DNA of 64,000 bases, from NCBI GenBank assembly GCA_951406725.2, contig OX597818.1:24056001-24120000 (forward strand), read 5' to 3'. Shown here in pieces: positions 37,706 through 51,463 of the stretch (position 1 is the first letter of the stretch; every line of letters starts with the position of its first letter). The stretch comes from Octopus vulgaris (Eukaryota). Below the pieces are notes generated by a model. That model was not told the origin of the DNA, made no database searches, and saw only the letters and a list, made by a program, of their open reading frames with translations. A program made the position numbers and the translations under genes.

Positions 37706-40270
37706 TAGGCATACCTTGGCTTAAGTCATTCTCGATTATACGTTGGTTTCCAAAAATTATAAAATAATGATAAAATAAAAATCAAGGTAAGTCATTTTAC
37801 TCGACTTTACTGCAACAAATATTGGAATTGTAAAATCACTAGAAAACCGTTAAAAGCATATAAAATCATGTTACTGTACAATAAATAAGAATAAAGGCAT
37901 ATGAAAATCATATTAAAATACGTACAGTAAATGTTAACACACACACCATAAAGTAGTGTAGCTTAGGAAACAAAATCATGAAATCAGCTGTGTTGTCTTA
38001 TTTATCAGTCTTTCGGAGCTCATATTGCATTGTAGCACCAATATCTACCATTAGGCATTATTGTCACTCATGATTCCCACGATTGTTTTGAATTCAGATT
38101 TGTTTATCAGCTACTTTCTCATTCTCATTCATTTGTGACTTTATTTTTTGCCCTCTTAGCTTATAAGAAAATTCTTAATGAAAGTGCTAAGCGTCATGCT
38201 ATAACACTGAAAGATAAACTGGCTGTGATAAAATGCCATGAAAAAGGTGAAAAAGTGGTGGCAATTGCAAGATTTTTTGGGATGAGTCCGATAACTGTAT
38301 TGATGATTGTACATAATAAAGACATGATTTTAACATATATAAAATCTGAAGCCCCGGGGATGAAGAACACTGTCATCAATAAGAAAAGAGGCAAAATCTT
38401 TGAAGAAGTGGAAAGTCTTCTTTCTTTTTGGATTGTTAGGTTGAATCATCAGCGTGCTACTATTAGTCAAGAAATCATTCAAGAAAAAGCGTTGTCTTTG
38501 TTTGAGGACCTGAAGAGAAAATATCCAGATGAGAAAGATGTAGAGTTCAAGGCAAGTCAAGGATGGTTCATGAGATTTAAGGAGTGAAGTTATCACTCCA
38601 TTAAGAAGCAAGGTGAAAGTGCATCAGCTGACGAACAAGCAGCAGTGGAATTTACTAATGCATTAAAGAAAATTATCGAAGAAAACAGGTTTCTTCCCAA
38701 ACAATTTTTTTACATAGATGAAACTGGATTGTATTGGAAAAAATTGCCAGACTGTTCATTCATTTCCAAGGAGTCGAAAACTATTCCAGGCTACAAGGTC
38801 CCAAAAGAACATGTGACCATTATGTTGGGAGGTAATTGTGAAGGAGATTTTAACTTACAGCCATTGCTTGCATATCATGCACACAACCTCCATGCCCTGA
38901 AGAACATACCCAAGGTATCTCTCTGTAATATGGATGGCTAATTCAAAAGCATGGGTTACTGTTTTTAAAGATTGGCTCTTCAATCATTTTATCCTAGAAG
39001 CAAAGAAGTACTGTAAGGAGAAGGGGATTTCTTTTAAGGTTTTACTTATCTTAGATAATGCTCCTGGCCACCTGCAAAACGTTGTAGATTTTGACCCCAA
39101 CGTTACCGTCGTATACCTCCCCTGAACGCCATGTCTCTTCTGCAGCCAATGAATCAGGGAATAATTGCTATCTTCAAGCATTACTATATGAAATGTACAC
39201 TGCAGCAAGCAATAGTTACAACTGATCTTGATGAGTCCATCATACTTCGTGACTTTTGGAAGAGATATGATATCTACAAGGCTGTACAGAACATAGCAGT
39301 GGCATGGAATGATGTACAGAGCACGGCTATGAATGGTGTATATAGAAGAAGATATGCCCACAATTTGTGAATGATTTTAAGGGATTTGATAATGTTACAA
39401 TCAACAAAATGTTGATGATTACGAGCAAAGAACTGGAAATTGATTTGGAGGAGGAGAATTTCACAGATTTATGTGAAAAAGACAAGCAGCCTCTGACGAA
39501 CAAGTATTTGATAGAGCTTCACGAGCAGCTAAATAAAGAAGAAGAAGTCAAACCTGAGCCACGTCACTTTACCATTCAGAAAATGCAGCAAGCATTTGCA
39601 TATATGGAAAAAGGTCTTCCCATGTTCGAGGATATGGATCCAACTGCTCAACGCTTTTCCAAGATTATGGAGGCTTGTCACATAGCTTTTGCTCCTTATA
39701 ATGTAATCCTTGAGGTAAAGAAGAAGACAGTTCAAGGAACTCTCAAACAGTTTTTTAAGTGCATCAAACAACAAGAGTCAAAATCAGCTGTTGATGCTGA
39801 TGATCCACAGCCATCTACATCTGCAATGTAAACCACCCAATTGTATGCACATACTGATAAATTTAAAATAACTTAGTTTTTTTTACTATTGCAAAATAAT
39901 AATAATTACTGAATTTGTTATTTTACCATGTCTTATTGCAAAACCCATTTCATATATAAAGTGTCCGTGATGTATGGTAAATACCGCCAAATTGTATTTG
40001 TAAATTTAGATTACCTTTTTTTTACTGTATTGTATTAAAAGTAAAAATTATTTGTTTGTAAGCTTAAAATAGGTTTTTATTAACCATGTATTATTGAAAA
40101 TGCATTCATAAATAAAGTACAGAACTGGGAATGGTTATTACTGGTTTAACCTAGAGACAAGTAAAGTAAGCCTAACCTAGCCTAGAGACAAATTAATTCA
40201 ACTTAAGTCGTTTTTCAACTTAAGTCATGTTTCCTGGATCCAATTAATGACATGGGGTGAGGTATGCCTG
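37706..40270 (+). mobile_element. Near full-length Tigger/pogo DNA transposon
   Basis: TIRs (t)AGGCATACCT / GAGGTATGCCTG flanked by TA within TA-rich microsatellites; transposase inside. Confidence 0.92.
38135..39831 (+). pseudogene. Tigger1-like transposase (CENP-B-type HTH + DDE_1), disrupted
   Basis: FKASQGWFMRFK, YIDETGLYWK, NSKAWVT, LILDNAPGH, LQPMNQGII; stops and frameshifts split it into five ORFs. Confidence 0.92.
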
Positions 40271-40278
40271 TATGTATG

Positions 40279-40318
<40 letters not shown>

Positions 40319-41028
40319 GTAGTCAGAATTTTGGATAATTCTTTATTAGCATTTTCATTCATTTTTCAGACTCATCACAACAGAATTGAAATCAAAGTGG
40401 TAAAAGCAGAACATTTTGTTGTTCATTTATATGAATCTGAGGCTGTTTTGCTTTGTTTAGAAGAGGAGAATATTGGGGTTTTTTTCTTTTGAAAAAGGGG
40501 TAGAGCGAGAAAGAAAAGCAAAGTGGGGATTAGACAAAGAAAGAGGTTTCAGGACAATCAAGAAAGAGGCGAAAAAATAATAAAGGATGGGGAAAGGATA
40601 GGTAGACAGACAGACAGATAGATATATAGATAGATAGAGGGCTAGAGATAGGTAGATAGGCAGAGAGAGAGTTTCTTGTCAATTTGATGTAGTCAATTAA
40701 GCAAAATTTTATTACAAAGCATTTTCTTTCTCCTTTCTTTCTTTTTCCATTGAACATCTAAGAACATATTTGTAAATATACACATTTTCTGACAAGGGTG
40801 ACCTTACAAAAATGTCAATTTTAGGAAGTAAAAAGAGCTCAAAGTTCAAAGTCCTATGAAAATGTATAGTCAAGTCCCATATTCTGTGTAGTAATTCCAT
40901 GTTTTGCATGAACAAACATTAAATATTTGTACAATATTCATAAATTAAGAAAATAAAGTCAGAATATTAAAAAATAATTTGGTACTGTTTATAGTTCAAT
41001 CTATTTTCTATGTACATTTAATCAAACA

Positions 41029-43754
41029 TCAAAAATGAGTTTTGCATGTTAGCCTTGGGTAGATTTCCACTTGAATTGTTCCTGTTTCATGCACATTCAG
41101 TGAGGGGTCAGACTGACACCTGTCACAACTCCAAACTAGCTTCCAAACACTCTCCCTGATGATATCAGAGTCAATCTTCATGGCCAAAAACAGAGTCCTG
41201 TTGACTCCCATGTGGTGCATGTACAGCCTCCTCAGTTCTGGGACCTTGAGCCAACATGCTGCAGCTACTCCATTTAGTAAATCCTCTGTCACTTCCAACT
41301 AATGCTTTTTTGCCATGGATAGGGTACCTGCCTTATTTTTTTCTGAAAGTACAAAAATTACTTGCAGCTTCAGGCCAAACTCAGCAGCTAACTCTCTCAG
41401 GACCACCAGACGATGCTTAATTATCATTTCTGCAGCCTCATTTGTATGAATCCTCTTCTTATTGGTAATCGCTGATGCCACCTGCCCATGTTCTATGGCT
41501 GAATCAGTTTGAATCTCAACAGTAGGTAGTCCCCATCTCAATACTAAGTTCACACCTTTCAACAGTGTCCACTTCAGCTACAATCTTCTTCCTGAGCCAT
41601 TTTGCATCTCCCACCTCACCACGTTCCATTTCTAGAATGATTCTTATTGCTATGCTACTTGCGTCACACCATGTTCCCCTTCTTTGTTTCAGGCACATAT
41701 GAACTGCTCTTTACTAGATTCTCCACTCTCACTCTCTCAAAGACAGCCTTGCATTATTCTAACTGTTTTCTCTCCCACTTTAGCACCCCAGTTCACTTCT
41801 TCAGCTCACCTCTTGATGTAGCTACATGCTGTTTAGAGCTATCCTGCAACAGGATAGTGTCTCGCCAGCTTGCCACACATTGAGGATGGCTCTCACCAAT
41901 TCATATCCTCACGCAGGTCTGGGATCTCCTTTCCTCTCCAAAACACAAGACTGCCTGCTTTATCTCTTTCAAGCTTGAGTCCCAGCACCATGCCTCCTTC
42001 TATAGTCTCTTGCAGTTTCACTGTCAGCCTGAACCTTTTTTCCACAATTTCCTTTTCTACTGTCACACTCTCATCTACCAGGATCTTATCAATGTAGGTA
42101 GGAACTAGTAGCCTGCTCTACCTTGGCCTCCTTCCCCAATATCACCTTGAGAACCTTCACCATGATTTTTGGTGCTGAACTTAAACTGAACCACAGCCAA
42201 GTCAGACAGTACATTTACCCTTGTACTTCACTAGCTACTGCCTCCACAATTTCTCAGACACGTGAAGCTGCAAATATGCTGACTTGAAGTCAACTATCTC
42301 AAATTGCTCACTCCTGCACTGTTTCCCCACATACATCTGCTGCTTCACTATCCATATGGCAGGACATGAGCTCATTCAACTCATGAAAGTCTTGCACCAG
42401 TCAAACACTTTGTTCTTTGTCAGCTGGACTACAGCCATCATTAGCAGTACATCACTTATCCTTTCCTCTTTCCATGGAATCAAAATACTCTCCTCTATCC
42501 TCTTGTCCACCTCTCTCTCTTGAGCACACTCCTTTCAGAGTGTGCTCATAGCAACTGACCCTGTTTCTCAATTGGTGGTGGTGGGATTCTTCTTTCCAAA
42601 CATACTCCACTGTCCATTGTTTGCCATCGAACTCAGCCCAGAGTTCTCATCATTGATATTGCCTACAGTATTCACTCTCTGAAGACAATCTCTCATTTCT
42701 ACACCCTTCTTTCTCAGCTCTACACTCACCAAATTCCACTCCTGTCTTGCCAACTGTTATGTAGCTCAACTGGACAATCATGTCCGTTCTCACCACCACA
42801 TTGACACCATCCACTACTGTACTGACTACAATGACCTGTAGCTTCACCAACATTCCTTGTACCTTTGACTATACTTCACTGATGCCCCTGCCTGCACCTA
42901 ACCTCCCTACCAGCCACCATACTGATACTAGTTTTTCCTCTCCAGCTCTCAACCATTTTTATGGTCACTAGAGTTGTTGTGCAACCTGTATTAACAAAGA
43001 CTCATGCTTCCCTCACTACTACCTACACCTATATTACAAGCAATGAATGTAGATGCACTCTAATCAGTACAGTAGTTCCTCTTTCTTCATTTCCCTGTTT
43101 GCAATAGCACATCAGTAACACACCACTTTAGATTTTGGTTTCATATAATCTCTGATCATGTGTGGACCCAAACACTTAGACCATGGTCCCTTAATGTCTA
43201 TCTTGCCATACCCCTGCTTTTGCTATTAGCTACCTGCTACTTCATCCTACTAGCACCTGCTGCCATCATCACTGCAAAATCATGAGTGTTGTTTTGCATT
43301 AACACTCACAGCTTATCCACTAACTAGCCCACTGACATTGTGTTGATATCTGGCAGCTGCTGCCACCTCATTGAGATGTGATTAGGGAATCCAGTCACAA
43401 AAGTCAGCTTCGCAATCTGCTCTATCACTCCACTGGTAAACCCCACTCATGTAACTGTCAACTTGGATACCCATCTATCTCACTCTTTCAAGCTTACTCG
43501 GGTTTAAATGCTCCTTCCATATATGAATCCTTCAGTCACTCTTTGATCTTCTCACCTTTCAGCTGACCCAATTCATCCATTTCTAGAAACAGATTCAGCA
43601 CACTTCCCTGTAAGTAAAGTGACATAAGATCAGCCATGTCTTAAATGTCCCGCGACTTCATCACTAGCTTCGCATTTTTTATCCAGACCACCACGTCACC
43701 TTCACCAGAAAATGGCATCAAAACATCATTGCTAATCCTTATCCTTGTAGCCAT
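41029..43754 (-). mobile_element. Decayed Ty3/Gypsy LTR retrotransposon internal region (gag, protease, RT, RNase H, integrase start)
   Basis: Gag start MATRIRISNDVLMPFSGEGDVVVWIK at 43754; RT VDFKSAYLQ, SSAPKIM, YIDK; RNase H WCDASS, IQTDSA; integrase HHMGVNRT...CDRCQ; LTRs not identified. Confidence 0.8.
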
Positions 43755-44799
43755 TGTGAGTGTCAGTGGCAAGAGAGAAAAAGGAAATATATTTCCATGA
43801 CAGATAAACAGTGAACCAAAATAGCTTGTAGAAAGAATGGCAAAAATAAAAACATTCTTATCTCAAGACAAATTCAGAACAGAGTATCCAGATTCACTTC
43901 ACAAAGATCAGCAGAACTTGGATGTAACTATTTGTGTACAATACCCCAGTATCTGGCCAGTAACTACCATCCCTCTAAAATTCTTTCCATAAGTCTGTCT
44001 ACCTCCGAATCTGTTTGAATTCCTGCTTCTTGATGTAATGTCACTTTCCCTTGTTTTCACTCCAGGTATCCCTCTTCACTCCTCCACAGGTTGGTAATGC
44101 GCATGTCAAACAAACAAGTTATATGATGGTCTGCATGCCACACATGGCACCACTATCATGCAGCCATAATTACTGACCAAGATTTCAAGTCTATCTTTTA
44201 ATCCAAGATGGTTAACCTTCAGCAACTATTAAAAAAACCTTGAGGTAACTGAGCCCCACCAAGCCTTTTTTTATACTTAGGAATTACTTGTCATTTCCTA
44301 AGTTATTATATTTTCTGAGTTAGTCCCTCTTATAGTTTCTTGTCTCTCCAATGCTTTGATGACCTAATCTTCAGAATGCTTGGTCAATGTTTGTCTCTCT
44401 CCAGAGACCTGTGATTAGGCTGTTTTGCCCAAACAGTGTGAGGGCCTAGGTTTTTGTAAATGCTTGTCTCTATCTCTTCCCTGTTTTCTTTTCTCCATCC
44501 ATGCTTGCTCCACTTTGTTAGGCAACTTCCTCTCCCTTCCAATATGGACTAGTTCCCACAAGGAGATGGATGAAGCACTGTTACAGTAGAGAGAGCTGGG
44601 TTTGTTAGTTTTTGATACAGCTGAGGATAGACAGAAGTAGAGAGCATGAGACAATCTGCACTCAGGTGCCACTTTCAACTCTCTCTTTGATCAATCTGAT
44701 CACTTTTCAAGGCGTCTCTTACTTTCTTCATGTGCAAAATTCTCGGGGAACTGGATTGATGCCCTGCCTGTGGCTAACATTGGTAGCCTATTCAGTGTA

Positions 44800-44950
44800 G
44801 ATGAGACCCGCATCCCCATTGCACTCAGAGTGTGAGTTGACGTCGGTGGGGGACTGAGATGTCGCTATGGCAAGCCCCTCAACTCCACAGGCCTTCACGG
44901 TTTGTCTTGCCACCTAAATGCTGTTCATTTCACTCATCACACTGAGCTAA
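44800..44950 (+). mobile_element. Short fragment of the CRE-like element
   Basis: Similar to 45655-45795 (cgcatc.ccattgcactc...gggggactgagatgtc...catcacac..agctaa). Confidence 0.65.
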
Positions 44951-45559
44951 CCAAAAGTAGAAGAGCAGATTGGTTGATTGATTGCCTTTTCAATACTGCC
45001 TTTGTGGATTTTCACATCTCAAGAATCAAATGTTTAGGATAAATATACAATTTCATCATATAACTGGAATTTCCACTGCTAGTGATAATGATAGTGTAGT
45101 GAACACCAACAATCCAATCCAATTAATAAAACTTATCCAATGCGGAAAAGTTATTTTTAGCTTACTGACTAATATTAGTTTAATTATTTCAGCACTTAGA
45201 CATTTGACATAGTTTGAGTTTATGAGACCTACTCAGTGAAGGATAGTCTTTCCAGCAATGTGAGAGAATCACTTAGATATACAATAGTGTGCATTGAGTA
45301 TGTGTGAAAAGTTTCTTACATGAGAAGTTTTTTGCCACTAATAAAATTTATATTTGTCAATATATGGGCAGAAAACTATTGACAATTAATTATTGAACAT
45401 TGGTGGATCAATAAAAAAGGGATTTAGTTCATAGTTGTTGTTTAGCAACAAGCCTGCTCTGAATGAATAGGCCTACAATCAAAGTATTCCATTCATCCCA
45501 ATCACATTTCTGCCTTTCCTGTTGATTAAACAATTAAAAAAATAAAAACATTTATTATG

Positions 45560-46428
45560 TCCAAAATCTAGGCAAAAGTTTATGAGTATGCTTTAGAGAG
45601 AAGAGGTCGCTGTCTGTGGCCAACAATGGTGGTCTACTCAATCTTGATGATCTCCGCATCTCCATTGCACTCTAAGTGAGAGCTGATGTCTGTGGGGGAC
45701 TGAGATGTCTCTGTGGTAGGCTCCTTGACTCCATAGACCTTCATGGTTTATATTGTTGCCTAAATGTGGGTTGTTTCACTCATCACACCAAGCTAAACTT
45801 AATCATTAAGTGGGCCCTGGCTTGGGTTGATATCTCTTCAGTTCTGGAGCCAGCAGGATTATCCAGAAGTGATAGCAAGAGACCAGAACGTCTTGCTCTT
45901 TGTCTCTGGGTAAAGAAGTAGGTGCCTCATCTGGGATGTCACAGTCTGTGACTCCTTTACTTCCTCCCACATCCTGGATGCTGCAGTAAATGAGAGGATT
46001 ACTGCTTCTGTAGCCGAACAGAACAAAATCCTTAAGTATCAAGACTTGTCAGAGAACCATTTCTTCCAGCCCAGAGTGTTTGGGACGTTTGGAGAGGCTG
46101 GGCCACCGACAGCAAAGTTCTTGTCACCGTTGGTGACTCGCCTTACTGAGGTGTCAGGAGATGCTTGTGAGGGTGTTTGGTTGTTCTAAAGTCTTAGCCT
46201 TGCCATCACCCATGGTAATGCCATGAGCGCGTCGGTTTGCTTCAGTAGGTTCTGAGACGCTTAATGTTAAATTCATGTTTTTTCTTTTTCTTTCTTTCTT
46301 CCTCTTTTTCATCTTTCTTCGCTCATGTTATTGCTTTCTTGGGCTTTGGATTTGTACGTTAATGTGGTTTTGTATGTGTCATATACGTATGTATTATATA
46401 ATAAAATAATTCCATTGTCGAAAAAAAC
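45560..46428 (+). mobile_element. 3' end of a CRE-like non-LTR retrotransposon with restriction-like endonuclease
   Basis: CxC..D..HGLxC zinc knuckle, EPAGLSRSDSKRPE (RPD-like), IWDVTV, AEQNKILKY, LSLAITHGNA; T-rich 3' UTR, aataaa and A-run. Confidence 0.75.
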
Positions 46429-46887
46429 CCCAAAAAAACTCTTCGTCCGGGAGAAAACTTATCCAAACTCTTGAACTTATCTATAACGGTATGCGTGTAA
46501 TCTACAAGAAACAGAAACTGACGAACGTTGGTTCGTTTTAATCACCAATCCTATAACCTTACCGAGAGCGCCAGATGTGGGGACCATGAGGTACGTATTT
46601 TCACCGAAGAGTTATGAAACCAGGTCACATACCGCAACGCAGATGACAAGATAGTACCTGCAGACTTCGCATTTGTTTGTTCGCCACTGTATCCATTGTT
46701 GAATAAAGAAATAGTGTGTTTCAAAAAATAAAGAAATACTGTATCCATTGTTGTCTGCATTCCTTATTTTCGTCTTATCTCCACGAAGTTGTTTCGAACT
46801 CTAATTTGTTCACTAGAAAAATTATAACATTAACTACAAACCGTTTTCAAAGAGTTGCATTATCTACGACTTATTCAAAGGTGTTAC

Positions 46888-48370
46888 GAAAGTGAAAGTA
46901 TATACTTCGCCAGAAGCAGATGTTAATCAAATCAAAAAGTGCAAGTTTTTCATGGGTGAAAAATGAAAGTTATAATTTTTTATAACACAAATGATAAACG
47001 GATTTTATGTCTTCAAATAATTGTTGAAATACAATTTCAACGTGAGTTTAAACTAGATTTTGAATAAAATACTCTGTGGATAGTAGTAGTTTCTTAAGTT
47101 GGCACTTAGATGCTATTACATTCATGCTCCCTCTCTCATACGCTCGTATATTCGTATATTCTTTGGAAGAAATTTGTCCGCAATGACAAATTTCAATGAG
47201 CTTCGTGTGTTTATCACAAACAGGGCAAAGGGAACGCGATCAAGAAAGCCATAATTTTGCAGAAAAGTAATTTTGTCTCATGTATTTGTTGTTAATCATT
47301 CACTTAATAGCTATAATTTTTTCACGTTAATTACGAATGTAATAGCAAAATATTTGGTGCATCTAATTCAAATATTGAGAACATCGTACTAGATGCTTGT
47401 ATTGTCTAGCTGGAAGTACTGTCCATTTCAGTTTGTAGAAAAGTTTCATTTTGTAAGAAAACACTTTCACTTTTCGACCGGAAAACACCTTTCACTTTCA
47501 TGACAGCTTAGAAACGAAGCGTCATAAGCGTTTACAATTTACGCATTACAATTTAATCCACGCTGTAAATAATTCATTAATCGTAATGCAAATTTCGACT
47601 TGTATGTATTTAATATGTGCGAAAAAGAAAAATGATATTTCACAGATCAGTCCTTAACATAACTACCAGTTACACCGATCACAACGAAGTTTCGTCCCTT
47701 GCACCAAGAATGTAACATGGATGTCGTAGAGATTATAAAAAATATTTAATAATGAATTATATTAATGATGTTCACAAACGTTTATTTTCTTTTACCGTAA
47801 TATTTAGTGGCTTGGAATAATTTGATGGCGTTACTATATTACTAGCTATAATTAGATAATATGGATACGTTATTCTTTAATCCCAGGTCAGCATTAATCG
47901 AGAATACTACAAAGTACTGCCCATCCAGTGTTCCGTTTTTTAAGATAATATATGTCCAGGACCACATTATCCAGTATGTTTGGGTTCTTTTAAGACAGTA
48001 TGATATGACTTGAAGGAGGTTTAGTCTCTATTTCGAGTAGATCTTCGTTAGATCGTAATTGTGAAATGTATAGTTGATTAAAAAATTCCATTGATATAAT
48101 TCATAAAATATACTTTTACGAATAAAAATATATTCCATCGACTGTGTTCTATTTACGTTGCTGTAAAATGTAACAACAAAAATTACAAAAAAACTTTTCC
48201 CCCCCCGAAACAGATTTCCTTTGTCGTAATAGATAATACGTGGTGACGTTTTGCCGCAATTGTGAAACCCACCCATACTAGAAAAAAACTTCATTGGTTG
48301 GTCACATTAGAAGTAGGAAGGAAAACTTGTATTAGTTTCGTTTTTTTTTCTTCTTTTCTGTTTCACTTAT
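46888..48370 (+). promoter_or_regulatory. Upstream regulatory region of the Bcl-3-like gene
   Basis: Repeat-free, CpG-retaining; IRF-E-like GAAAGTGAAA motifs at 46888, 47463(rc), 47489(rc); CRE half-site TGACGT ~48244; inverted CCAAT ~48293. Confidence 0.45.
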
Positions 48371-48565
48371 TCACAATCCAGAAATATGGCAACGTATTAC
48401 GTTTATATGGTTAAGCAATGATTTTAAGATGACATTTTATATTAAATATGTCCCGAATTAATTTTAAAAACAGTGGAAAAAATGAAGGTATGAGTTATTC
48501 TTAATGAAAACAAATCCAGGATTGTTTTGAATGTTATAAATTGAATTACGATTGAAACAAGTAAA

Positions 48566-49514
48566 ATGGATGTTGTGTCTCGAAATTGTGAATTAAAACC
48601 GTTGAATAAGAGTTGTGGAAATGTAAACAGAGACGAATCAGATGAATCACATTCTATAGCTGTTGAAGTGTTGGCAAGTCTTTTAAGCGGAACTTCATAT
48701 CAAAGTGAAAATGTTAAGCAGCAAATAGATTTACCAATATACCCCCCTCTAAATTTGAACGATGGATATGCAAAGGAAATGTCTTCGTTTGCTAATTTAC
48801 CATCGGGGAAGTCGATGGTAAGAAGTTATTTACAACCAACTGTTACTTCGAATAATCCCGTGTTCAATACCAAATCTCAGTATCAATATCAGCCGCACAT
48901 ACTAATATCTGAAGCTAACAAAACTTGTCCTTTTGTACTTTCCACCAGTATTCCACTAACTACATCGAAGTCTGACTTAACTTTACCGATCGAGACCGAT
49001 ACGACTAACGATTCAAATTTGCCCTATCTGAATAAGGATAGTATGATGAAGATCCACCCTGATAATGTTGATTCTCTACTGATTGTTAAGCGTACCTCCA
49101 ACGATTCAAAAATGTATAAAGTGAAAAAAGTAAAAATAGATGAAATTCTAAACATACTAAACGATAATAGAACGAGGAAGTCTAGTATTTTGTCGAATGT
49201 GTCTTCAGATGATAGCTGCAGCAAGAAGTCCGAACTTTTAACGAAAAAGCGGTTGATGGCCCAGTTTGCAGCCAACTCAACAAATCAATCGAGGGAGAAT
49301 TTTTCGCGATTGTTTCACTTTCCAGATTTTAGAATTAACACTGACTCAATGGATGACAGCCAACATTTAAAGAATACAATTGGATTGTTTTCCCGAAACA
49401 GTTTAGAAAACAGGACGAAAAGTTGTTTACCTCTGAAAAAAAGGAAAATAAAGTCGACTTTTCAGGCAACCAAACCTTTTAAACCCCACAATACAAATGT
49501 CTCTGTTGTTACAG
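48566..49514 (+). CDS. BCL3: Bcl-3-like nuclear IkB protein, coding exon 1 (S/T/N-rich N-terminus)
   Basis: Long ORF from ATG 48566; donor ACAG|gtagtg, phase 1 matches exon 2; basic motif LPLKKRK. Confidence 0.75.
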
Positions 49515-51342
49515 GTAGTGTACAAAAGTACTTTATTTACTTCATATTATTGTTCTTTGTGTATCTTAAGAAACGATAACATGTATGCATGTCATTTTAA
49601 TCTTAGAATAGTGACAACGGCTTCCACTTGGGCGAAGTGAACTAACGAAACTGGCTACACATATGACCTGAAGAGGGCATTTATTTTGTTTTTCATTTGT
49701 CTTCTGTGTGCCTAGTGTCTGGCTCTCTTCTCTACTCACACCATTGCTCCAGGTGTATCGATCTTCCGCCCGTAAATCAACTATATCAATCTTTAGCTTC
49801 CTGTCTTTTTAGCAGTATCTCCAGAAATAAATTGAGGTACGACCGTCTTTCGTCTAGTGAACATGTCTCAGCCAGTGCAAATGAGGAAAGTTGCTCGTTC
49901 TAATATCTGTGTTTATACGTGCTTTTCTCGTTTCCATGACCCTATGTAAAAACTTATCTTGTCCAAAAGTTAGTGTTTTTTAAACCCAGAAGTGCTTTTT
50001 TTCAGAATGAAAGTAAAGTAGTGGACGGGAGAGAGAGAGAGTGGTAGGTAATATAAAACACCCAGTGTAATATTATTGAAGTTGGATCCACCAAATATTG
50101 ATATACATTCCTAATTAACATTAGCAAAATATGGCTATCCAACTTTAAAACGTTACTATAAAAGAGAACGGTTACTAATTGGAGATTTAGAATTGGTTTA
50201 AGAAAGCATGTTCCGGTTGAAGTAGATGCTACAGTAAGCGTTACATTTAGAGGTACTGTGACAGTATTTTACTAGAAACAACAGGTGTATGCGCTCTCTT
50301 AAGATGTCTTACACAACCGCCAATCAAACTGGTTTTTATCGAGTTGACATTAGATCCGGTTAAAATTCCTATTAATAATATTCATAAAACGTTCACTTTC
50401 TGCACACTTTCGTTCTTTGACCTAGAAAATACTTCTGACGAAGTGAATACTTTCATTTTCATGATGACCTGGAAACGAAGTGACCAACCTTCAGCATTTA
50501 GAAGCAGGTGTTTTGCACACTTTAGTGTTTCCAGTTGAATTGGATTCTTATTTTTTCTTCTGGCCAGGAATATTGCTGTTCTATGTTCTCCCTGATTTCT
50601 TTAGAATTCAGAAAAAAGAATTTTTCTGCACTTGTGTTTCTCCTCAATGACAGGGAATGCTGACGTTTGGCCTTAATTTTATCTTATGTCTTGTTTACTA
50701 AACAGGTCACATGTTTTTGAGGATTAAGTGAAAGTGAAAAAACAACAAACTGTTTAGGAGTAACAACCGAATGTTTGTTTCGAGCTAATTGGACCTAGAT
50801 GCCTGTGTTAATGCTGAGAGCTTGCTTCAGTAGGTTCTGTGAAGCCTTGTAGTGTGTGACCAGTTGCTGTGATTTAAAAAAAAATCCTCATAAATGGATT
50901 CAATACAGTTTTAACATAAAGGTTTGGAAGAATTAGATGAAAGTTCTCTAGTAATTTTCTTTCATGTAAATAATTGTTTATGTTAATTTAAAAATTTGCC
51001 AGCAAAATTTTATAAAATGACAATGTTCTAAAAAATGTACATGTTTATATGCTATATATGAAAATAAAATTGTTGTAGAATTTTCACTGCATATTCTCAA
51101 GTTAGGTTATATTGTGATTAACTTAAGAATTAAAAAAAAAAAAGTTTGACTTTGAAGAATCAACAAATCTACAGTAGCATGAGGAAAAGAATCTTTGAAA
51201 AGAGAGAGAGAAAGAGAGATGTAAACAAAGGAAATCTTTTACAAGTAATCAATTTTTGCAATATAACAAAGATCTTTGCTGTGACTTAATTTTGGAAATG
51301 AAAAGAATACTCAGGAAATATAGTTGTCATTCCTTAATATAG

Positions 51343-51463
51343 GTGATAAAGAAAAGTTAATCCTGATTTACAAATCCGAACAAAGTCAACTATTAACTGA
51401 CAATGATGAAAAACTGAGAAAAAAGATCGAAATTGCTCTAAAACAGGATGAAGATGGTGACTT
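51343..51463 (+). CDS. BCL3: Bcl-3-like, exon 2
   Basis: atag| ... |gtaagt; ends KQDEDGD(L), the classic start of IkB ankyrin repeat 1. Confidence 0.9.

Noticed and set aside
49515-49579. Hydrophobic C-terminus (YFIYFILLFFVYL) suggesting a membrane anchor
   Set aside because: Read-through into the T-rich intron after the donor at 49514; same for 3574-3636.
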